Made by a program: the position numbers and the translations under genes. This document shows positions 9,463-15,191 of a stretch of DNA of 16,278 bases, piece after piece. Positions within the stretch are counted from its first letter, which is position 1. The number at the start of each line of letters is the position of its first letter. The notes under the pieces were generated by a model. That model had not been told where the DNA came from. It saw only the letters and a list, made by a program, of their open reading frames with translations, and ran no database searches. This DNA comes from Chlamydiota bacterium (GTDB taxonomy: Bacteria; Auribacterota; Tritonobacteria; UBA1439). The stretch lies in the NCBI GenBank assembly GCA_037133055.1, contig JBAXOY010000072.1, forward strand, positions 1 to 16,278, written 5' to 3'.

Positions 9463-10134
9463 CTACTGAACCTCGACGGTCCGGACGTCCTTGATCGAGG
9501 AGAGGGCGAAGAATATCTTGTCGACGCTCTCCCCCCCCGGGATCTTCGTCACCGCCTCGATCTCGATCTCGTGCGACTCGAGGTCTTTCGCGAAGCTCAT
9601 CGTCTTCACTTCGGTGTTGAAGTTCTGGAGAATCCCCTTCACCTCGTCCACGACGCCGTAGCGGTCCTTCGCCTTGATCGTGATGGTCTTCGGCACGAGG
9701 TGACCGAGGTACTTCTTCTCGAGGAGGTCGAGGGCCTGGAGCACGCCGAAGAGGAGGACGGTCGCCGCGATAGCGGGGATGTAGTGTCCGGCCCCCACGG
9801 CGAGGCCGACGACGGCGATTGTCCAGAGGGAGGCCGCGGTCGTGAGCCCGCGCACGTTCGTGCCGTAGCGGAGGATCGCCCCCGCGCCGAGGAAGCCGAT
9901 CCCCGAGAGGACCTGGGCCGCCAGGCGAGCCGGGTCGCCGTTCGGGGCAAGGGGGTGGAACTGCATCGCCAGGTTGATGGAGACGCACATCGCGAGCGTC
10001 GAGCCTATGGCAAGGATGATGTGCGTGCGCAAACCCGCGGGTTGATTGTGCCGCTCGCGTTCGAGCCCGACCAGTCCGCCGAGCACCGCGGTCACCAGCA
10101 TCCGTATGACGATCTGCCAGGTGGTGATCATCAT
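9463..10134 (-). CDS. MgtC/SapB family membrane protein with C-terminal ACT-like domain
   Basis: Motifs GLERE, AGLRTH, DPARLAAQVLSGIGFLGAG and GLTTAASLW. Confidence 0.96.
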   Translation of the reverse strand: MMITTWQIVIRMLVTAVLGGLVGLERERHNQPAGLRTHIILAIGSTLAMCVSINLAMQFHPLAPNGDPARLAAQVLSGIGFLGAGAILRYGTNVRGLTTAASLWTIAVVGLAVGAGHYIPAIAATVLLFGVLQALDLLEKKYLGHLVPKTITIKAKDRYGVVDEVKGILQNFNTEVKTMSFAKDLESHEIEIEAVTKIPGGESVDKIFFALSSIKDVRTVEVQ

Positions 10135-10135
10135 G

Positions 10136-10162
10136 CAAATCCCAAACCCAAAATCCCAAAAT
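10136..10162. repeat. Degenerate heptamer tandem repeat (AAATCCC)n
   Basis: c AAATCCC AAACCC AAAATCCC AAAAT directly upstream of the MgtC start codon. Confidence 0.7.
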
Positions 10163-10198
10163 ATCGGAGTTGTCGCCGGAAACCGGGACCCGTAGTAA

Positions 10199-10275
10199 TG
10201 GTCGGGGCGGTGGGATTTGAACCCACGGCCTCAGCGTCCCGAACGCTGCGCGCTAGCCAGCTGCGCTACGCCCCG
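10199..10275 (-). tRNA. tRNA-Pro (anticodon CGG), CCA encoded, 77 nt
   Basis: Full cloverleaf: CGGGGCG TA GCGC AGCTGGCTA GCGC G CAGCG TTCGGGA CGCTG AGGCC GTGGG TTCAAAT CCCAC CGCCCCG A CCA. Confidence 0.98.
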
Positions 10276-10309
10276 CCATATATCCGGATCGTGCCCGGAC
10301 GATTCCGGG

Positions 10310-10996
10310 CTAGAACAGGTATTTCATCGCCAGAAAACCGAGCACTATCAGTACCACAAACACGCATGAAAGAATATCGAAATACTTCTCCACGAACCTC
10401 TTCACCGGAGGCCCGAACCACCAGAGAAGGATGGCCACGAGGAAGAACCTCCCCGCCCGTCCGAGGACCGAGGCGGTCACGAGGGTCATGAACGGTATCC
10501 CGAAGTACCCCCCAGCGACCGTGAAGACCTTGTACGGGATCGGAGTGAACGCGGCCGTGAAGACGGCCATGAATGCGTTCTGGTCGTACAGATCCTTGAC
10601 GCGCAGGAAGACCGAGGTGTCGGACGCGAAGGGGGAGCCGGCCGGGTACGCGTAGAAGAGGAAGCCCGCTTCGTTCATCACGCGCGCCCCCTCGTGCGCA
10701 ACGCCGTACCAGAGCCCCTTGCCCACGACGAACGCGACGATCTGGTTCACGATGCCGAAAAACTCGTGCCCTAGGTAATAGCCGAACATGCCGCCGATCA
10801 CCGACCCCACCGTGCAGACGGTCGCGTAGTAGAACGCGCGTTTCCGCTTCGCGAAGACGAGCGCGATCAAAAGCACGTCCGGCGGAACCGGGAAGAACGA
10901 GGATTCAGTGAACGCGAGGATGAACAGCGCCGGCGTCCCGTACGGCGTGTCGGCCCAGTGCAGCACCCAGTCGTATAATTTTCTCAGCCAGCGCAT
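10310..10996 (-). CDS. YqaA/DedA (VTT/SNARE-associated) family membrane protein (228 aa)
   Basis: Motifs [42 protein letters not shown] and GRAGRFF. Start ATG 10996 with a G-rich SD (GGGGGA) just upstream. Confidence 0.94.
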   Translation of the reverse strand: MRWLRKLYDWVLHWADTPYGTPALFILAFTESSFFPVPPDVLLIALVFAKRKRAFYYATVCTVGSVIGGMFGYYLGHEFFGIVNQIVAFVVGKGLWYGVAHEGARVMNEAGFLFYAYPAGSPFASDTSVFLRVKDLYDQNAFMAVFTAAFTPIPYKVFTVAGGYFGIPFMTLVTASVLGRAGRFFLVAILLWWFGPPVKRFVEKYFDILSCVFVVLIVLGFLAMKYLF

Positions 10997-11012
10997 TGGT
11001 CCCCCCTTTTTG

Positions 11013-11029
11013 AAATCCCAAATCCCAAA
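11013..11029. repeat. Heptamer tandem repeat AAATCCC AAATCCC AAA
   Basis: Same unit and orientation as 10136-10162; lies just upstream of the DedA ribosome-binding site. Confidence 0.7.
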
Positions 11030-11088
11030 GTGCAGATGCCGCAACCCATGTCCCGAGGCGAATACGAACCGGCAGGGATGACCGGGAA

Positions 11089-11736
11089 TCACGCCCATCC
11101 GTGCTCCCCGACAAGCGGCACGAACACGCACCCGCAGACCTCGCGCTGCGTGATACTCCCGCTCTCCTTCCGCACCACGAGCAGCTCCTGCGACCAGCGC
11201 CCCCCCACCGGGATAACCAGCCTGCCGCCCTCGGCGAGCTGTTCGACCAGCGGCGCGGGGATCTTCGGAGAACCGGCCGTCACGATGATGCCGTCATACG
11301 GGGCAGTCGCGGGAAGGCCCTGAGTGCCGTCTCCGACGAAAAAGCGGACATTAGTATACCCTAACTCCCCCAGTAGCGCCTCGGCTTTTTTCGAAAGCGC
11401 GGCAATCCGCTCGATGGTGTATACCTCTGCGGCGAGTCGGCTGAGGATCGCCGCCTGGTAGCCGCACCCGGTCCCGATTTCGAGGACGCGCGCATCCGCT
11501 TCGAGCTCAAGGCATTGAGTCATGAGCGCCACCATGTAGGGCTGGGAGATCGTCTGGCCCTCCCCGATGGGCAGGGGATGGTCCGCATAGGCGGAGTCCC
11601 GCAGCGCTACGCCGACAAACCGGTGGCGCGGCACGGTGTGGAACGCCTCCAGCGTCTTCGGATCGCGGATGTCCCGCCGCAGGAGCTGCTGCTCGACCAT
11701 CAGCGCCCGCTCGCTGGGAAATTCATTCTCGTCCAT
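11089..11736 (-). CDS. pcm: Protein-L-isoaspartate O-methyltransferase
   Basis: Motifs VPRHRFV, AYADHPLPIGEGQTISQPYMVA, VLEIGTGCGYQAA, APYDGIIVTA, LVIPVG and FVPLVG. Start either ATG 11736 or ATG 11766. Confidence 0.97.
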   Translation of the reverse strand: MDENEFPSERALMVEQQLLRRDIRDPKTLEAFHTVPRHRFVGVALRDSAYADHPLPIGEGQTISQPYMVALMTQCLELEADARVLEIGTGCGYQAAILSRLAAEVYTIERIAALSKKAEALLGELGYTNVRFFVGDGTQGLPATAPYDGIIVTAGSPKIPAPLVEQLAEGGRLVIPVGGRWSQELLVVRKESGSITQREVCGCVFVPLVGEHGWA

Positions 11737-11775
11737 ACCGTCACCGTGGCGATTATCCGCCGCCATCCCCAAAAG

Positions 11776-11784
11776 TTATCCACA
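11776..11784 (+). promoter_or_regulatory. Single consensus DnaA box
   Basis: Exact TTATCCACA in the spacer upstream of pcm. Confidence 0.4.
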
Positions 11785-11785
11785 G

Positions 11786-11815
11786 GCCCAGGGCACACTT
11801 AAGTGTGCCCTGGGC
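11786..11815. repeat. Perfect 30-bp palindrome
   Basis: GCCCAGGGCACACTT|AAGTGTGCCCTGGGC. Confidence 0.95.
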
Positions 11816-11831
11816 GTCGGGACGTAACGCC

Positions 11832-11862
11832 GAATGCTCCGGCAAGGGCCGGGCGTTCCTAC
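11832..11862 (-). repeat. GTAG-headed REP-like hairpin
   Basis: Minus strand reads GTAG GAACGCCCGGC CCTT GCCGGAGCATTC, an imperfect 11-bp stem. Confidence 0.5.
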
Positions 11863-11871
11863 CTCTTCCAA

Positions 11872-12570
11872 TCACCCCTCCCCCTGCGAAGGGGGAGGGC
11901 CGGGGTGGGGGTGGCGCAGATGCCTCATCACCAGATTGAAGAATCTCACTGTATCCTTGAACGGGCTGATCCTGCTCTTCTCCGTCCCGTAGATCGTGCT
12001 CACCGGCACGGAGATGATCCGGCAGCCCGCGCGGCCCGCCTCGATCAGCATCTCCGATTCGGCGTCGTAGCGCATGGCGCGAAACGTCATCCTCCGGAAT
12101 GCCCCCTCCCGGACGAGCCGGTAGCCGCACTGGCTGTCGGGGATCCTCAGGCCGGCCATTTTCGATATCACGGCGGAGGTGAACCGGTTCGTCAGATAGC
12201 GGACGAGCGGCATCCCCTCCGTCTTTCCCATCCTGCTCCCCACCACGATATCGGCGCCGGTCTCCTCGGCGGCCCGGATGAACAGCGGGATCTCGTCTGC
12301 CTTGTGCTGCCCGTCCGCATCGAGGATCAGGACCGCGTTAAACCCCTCCCCGAAGGCCCGCTCCATCCCGGTTTTGAGCCCGGCGCCTTTGCCCCGGTTG
12401 ACGGGGTGGCGGATGACCTCCGCCCCCGCCTTCTCCGCCGCGGCGGCGGTCGCGTCGTCCGAGCCGTCGTCCACGACGATGACCTTCGGCAGGTGGCGGC
12501 GCGCGCCGATCACCACGGCCGTCACGCGCGCCTCCTCGTTGAAGGCGGGTATCAGTGCGCACACCTTCAT
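11872..12570 (-). CDS. Glycosyltransferase family 2 (DPM1/polyprenol-phosphate glycosyltransferase-like, 232 aa)
   Basis: Motifs IPAFNE, VVDDGSDD, NRGKGAGL, LDADGQH, IVVGSR and DSQCGYR. The last 13 aa come from a palindromic repeat. Confidence 0.95.
   Translation of the reverse strand: MKVCALIPAFNEEARVTAVVIGARRHLPKVIVVDDGSDDATAAAAEKAGAEVIRHPVNRGKGAGLKTGMERAFGEGFNAVLILDADGQHKADEIPLFIRAAEETGADIVVGSRMGKTEGMPLVRYLTNRFTSAVISKMAGLRIPDSQCGYRLVREGAFRRMTFRAMRYDAESEMLIEAGRAGCRIISVPVSTIYGTEKSRISPFKDTVRFFNLVMRHLRHPHPGPPPSQGEG
11875..11913. repeat. BoxC-like palindromic element, copy 1 (inside the GT2 3' end)
   Basis: CCCTCCCCCT GCGA AGGGGGAGGG stem-loop followed by CCGGGGTGGGGGTG. Confidence 0.8.
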
Positions 12571-12619
12571 CGTCTCAGTCCCATGTCACTTTCAATCTTC
12601 AACCTTGGATTGTTGACCT

Positions 12620-12659
12620 CCCCTCCCCCTCCTGAATGGGGAGGGTCAGGGTGGGGGTG
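12620..12659. repeat. BoxC-like palindromic element, copy 2 (intergenic)
   Basis: CCCTCCCC CTCCTGAAT GGGGAGGG stem-loop followed by TCAGGGTGGGGGTG; same orientation as copy 1. Confidence 0.8.
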
Positions 12660-12668
12660 TTGAGAATA

Positions 12669-13547
12669 TCAGCCCCACACCTTGTAAAACGCGAACCACT
12701 GCGCCGGGTAGCGCGAGATATATTCCTCGAACACCCTGACCATCGCCCGTGTGATCGCCTCCACCTTCTCCTGGACGGGAAGCCGTTCGTCCACATCGAT
12801 CGGCTTCTCGACCACGAGCCTGAAATGCCCTCCCGCCTCCTGCACACAGAACGCCGGCACGATCGGCGCCCCGGTGCGCGCCGCCATTTCCGCCGGCCCG
12901 CGGGGAATACTGACCTCTTCCCCGAAGAACTTCACGCGAAGGCCGTTGCCGTCGATGTCCCGGTCCGCGACGAACGCGAGCATCTCCTTCCCGGCGAGGA
13001 CCTTGAAGCACCCCAGCGCGGCCCGCCCCGAGGGGAACGGTCGTATGTGGCCGGATTCCCTCAGTTTCGTAAAAAACCTGTCGATCCTCCCGTCGGGCAG
13101 CTTCAGGGTGACGGCGCTGAGAGGAAGGCCCATTCCCGCGGTCGCCGCGGCGCCCATCTCCCAGTTCCCGACATGTGCCGTGACCGAGATGAGCCCCCGC
13201 CCGCGCGCGAACTCCTTCGCGAACCGGTCGAAATGCTCTATCCGGAGGAGGCCCGACTCGATGTCGTCGCGCACCCGGTACACGCGCAGAAAGTCCATGA
13301 TGTGTACGGCGAAATTCTCGAACGTCTCCCGCGCGAGCCGGTCGATCCCCCGCCTTCCCCGGCGCGACTGTGTTTCGCGGCCCGTGTGCGAGAGGACGTG
13401 CGCCAGGTTCGCGATGACCGCCCTGCGGGCGGCCGTGTCGAAGACGAAGCAGATGTCCGCGACCCGCTTGCTGAACCAGACGCAGAACGGCCGCGGAAAT
13501 ATCCGTATGCCCCACCAGGCTATTGTATAGGAAAGGTACAGGAGCAT
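12669..13547 (-). CDS. Lysophospholipid acyltransferase superfamily, LpxL/HtrB-PatA type (292 aa)
   Basis: Motifs TAHVGNWE (Hx4D/E), ADRDI, VKFFGE, PRGPAEMAARTGAPIVP and ISRYPAQW. Confidence 0.93.
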   Translation of the reverse strand: MLLYLSYTIAWWGIRIFPRPFCVWFSKRVADICFVFDTAARRAVIANLAHVLSHTGRETQSRRGRRGIDRLARETFENFAVHIMDFLRVYRVRDDIESGLLRIEHFDRFAKEFARGRGLISVTAHVGNWEMGAAATAGMGLPLSAVTLKLPDGRIDRFFTKLRESGHIRPFPSGRAALGCFKVLAGKEMLAFVADRDIDGNGLRVKFFGEEVSIPRGPAEMAARTGAPIVPAFCVQEAGGHFRLVVEKPIDVDERLPVQEKVEAITRAMVRVFEEYISRYPAQWFAFYKVWG

Positions 13548-13583
13548 GCGACCCTTCTGTGTGCGTTGATTAATTCACTGTAC

Positions 13584-13603
13584 TCTGCGTGCATCTGCGT
13601 CCC
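13584..13603. repeat. Second locus of the (A)TCTGCG 10-bp repeat
   Basis: TCTGCGTGCATCTGCGTCCC; same orientation and same ending (ATCTGCGTCCC) as 3912-3942. Confidence 0.7.
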
Positions 13604-13607
13604 GGCG

Positions 13608-14750
13608 TCAACGATTCCCATCCGGCGAGGGGATTGCATTCGTCCCCTCGATCACTCCCCGCGCGATCTCGGACGCCGCGTCCGGCTTCGCCAGCGCGCG
13701 CGCCCTGTGGCCCATTTCCTGAAGGCGCCCGGCGTCCAGCGCAATCTCCACCGCCCTCTGCCCCGCATCCTCGACCCCGCGCGCCTGGACCGCCGCGCCG
13801 TGCCGGCACAGGTACGTCGCGTTGGCCCGTTCCTGCCCCGGGAGAGAATCCACGAGCACCATCGGCAGTCCCGTCGCGAGCGCCTCCGAGGAGGTCATCC
13901 CGCCCGCCTTCCCGACGAGGAGGTCGGCGGCGCGCATGAGGATGTCCATCCTTTCGACGACGGGCAGGACCGTGATGCGGTGACGTTCGATGTCCGCCTG
14001 CCCGCGAAGGGTGTCGTAGAGCCGCCGATTCCTTCCCGTGACGACCACGACCCTGCACTCTCCACCCCGCACCCCCGTCTCCACCGCGAGCCTCTGGAGA
14101 TCGCCCCAGCCGCTCCAGCCCCCCACGACAAGTATGGTCGCTGCATCGGGGTCAAGGCCGAATGCCGCCCGTGCCTCGCGGCGGGAAGTCCGCAGGGCGA
14201 AGCACGGGCGGATGGGGATCCCCGATTCCGTGATCGCGGCTGCATCGATCCCCTGCCGGGAGAGTTTATCCCTTGCCGCGGCGCAGGCTACGAAGTAGCG
14301 GTCCACGCGGGGATAGATCCAGTACGGGGGCGCAAAAAAGTCCGTGAGCACCCCGTAGAGCGGGATATCGGAACGGAGCCGATTCTTGTAGTCGTGCATC
14401 ATCCCGCACGGGAACGACTGCGTGCACACCACGGCGTCGGGCTCATATTCCCTGAGTGCGTCCCCCACACCGCGCAGCGCGAAGGTCCGCACGACCCTCC
14501 TGAACCTGTCGAACCGCGGTTCGCTTCGAGGGTTCCGGTAGATACCGTCCCACACCGAGGGGGTGCTCTTCACGATCCGGTAGAAGATCCCGGTGGCGAT
14601 CTTCTCGATAAGCCGGCTGGAATACACGAACAAGTTCAGCAGGTCGACCGAGAGGCCCGGGTCATTCTGGATGAACGCCTCGCGGAGTGCGAGCGCCGCG
14701 GCGTGGTGCCCCGAGTGCTCGAACCCGTAGAGGATAAGGACCTTCTTCAT
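13608..14750 (-). CDS. MGDG synthase / UgtP-like diacylglycerol glycosyltransferase (GT28 family)
   Basis: Motifs SGHHAAALAL, PDAVVCTQSFP, VLTDF, GIPIRPCF, VVTGRN, KAGGMTSSEAL and PGQERAN. Start ATG 14750; no clear SD. Confidence 0.92.
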   Translation of the reverse strand: MKKVLILYGFEHSGHHAAALALREAFIQNDPGLSVDLLNLFVYSSRLIEKIATGIFYRIVKSTPSVWDGIYRNPRSEPRFDRFRRVVRTFALRGVGDALREYEPDAVVCTQSFPCGMMHDYKNRLRSDIPLYGVLTDFFAPPYWIYPRVDRYFVACAAARDKLSRQGIDAAAITESGIPIRPCFALRTSRREARAAFGLDPDAATILVVGGWSGWGDLQRLAVETGVRGGECRVVVVTGRNRRLYDTLRGQADIERHRITVLPVVERMDILMRAADLLVGKAGGMTSSEALATGLPMVLVDSLPGQERANATYLCRHGAAVQARGVEDAGQRAVEIALDAGRLQEMGHRARALAKPDAASEIARGVIEGTNAIPSPDGNR

Positions 14751-14758
14751 TAAGACAT

Positions 14759-14918
14759 TTGAGGACACAGTCGGCGTATCGTTCAGGGTTGATCACTGGA
14801 AGAGAGGGAATCTCCGACTCCGGCAATGAGCTGCTTCAAACCGGCCTTGATAACGTCAATAGAGAGCCGCGCAGTGCCCTTCATACACAGTATACTGCGC
14901 AGGCAATGAGGTCCTCAA
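14759..14918. other. Candidate multi-stem structured RNA or inverted-repeat-bounded element
   Basis: Closing stem TTGAGGAC/GTCCTCAA encloses AGTCGG/CCGACT, CCGG/CCGG, TTGAT/GTCAA and GCCGCGCAGT/ACTGCGCAGGC stems. No known family recognised. Confidence 0.35.
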
Positions 14919-14943
14919 TCATAAAATTCCATCATAAAATTCC
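14918..14943. repeat. Perfect 13-bp tandem duplication (ATCATAAAATTCC)2
   Basis: Copies at 14918-14930 and 14931-14943. Confidence 0.9.
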
Positions 14944-15128
14944 AGGCCGAACTTGTTATTCTACGCAAATCTCCGTGTGCCGGGGCGCCCGAATCCCCTG
15001 CGCCCGGAGCATAGTGCCGACGGGTGCGGTCAATTTTTTTTGTTCGCGGTCCGAAGAATCTTGACGGGAGGCGGTCAGGCGGTTGCTACAACACTGGAAA
15101 TATCGCGGGTAGGGTATGGGTATACGGG

Positions 15129-15177
15129 AACTTCACTACGACTGATGCCGGCGACCGATCAGTGTATAGTAAAAGTC
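15129..15177 (-). terminator. Long imperfect hairpin downstream of the exported-protein gene (possible terminator or 3' stabiliser)
   Basis: Minus strand GACTTTTACTAT AC ACTGATCGG TCG CCG GC ATCAGT C GTAGTGAAGTT, starting about 15 nt after the stop; no U-tract. Confidence 0.35.
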
Positions 15178-15191
15178 TGACCCTGCTTTTC

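Noticed and set aside
10136..10275. tRNA-Pro as an integration site; 9-bp complementarity between CAAATCCCA (10136-10144) and the T-arm (10211-10219)
   Set aside because: No integrase or duplicated tRNA 3' end in the window; the short match is explained by the heptamer repeat and may be chance.
11776..11913. Replication origin or CRISPR array
   Set aside because: Only one DnaA box, no AT-rich unwinding element, and no regularly spaced identical repeats.
12636..14753. 705-aa + strand ORF, the longest in the track
   Set aside because: Mirrors the acyltransferase and GT28 genes on the opposite strand; no domain motifs.
14759..14918. Lysine, FMN or SAM-I riboswitch identity
   Set aside because: Only scattered partial words match (GAGG, AGAGAGGGA, CCGGCAA, TTCAGGG), spacing is wrong, and they lie on the strand with no downstream gene.
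15008..15033. Minus-strand TTGACC...TATGCT promoter
   Set aside because: The spacer is only 14 bp, too short for a sigma70 promoter.
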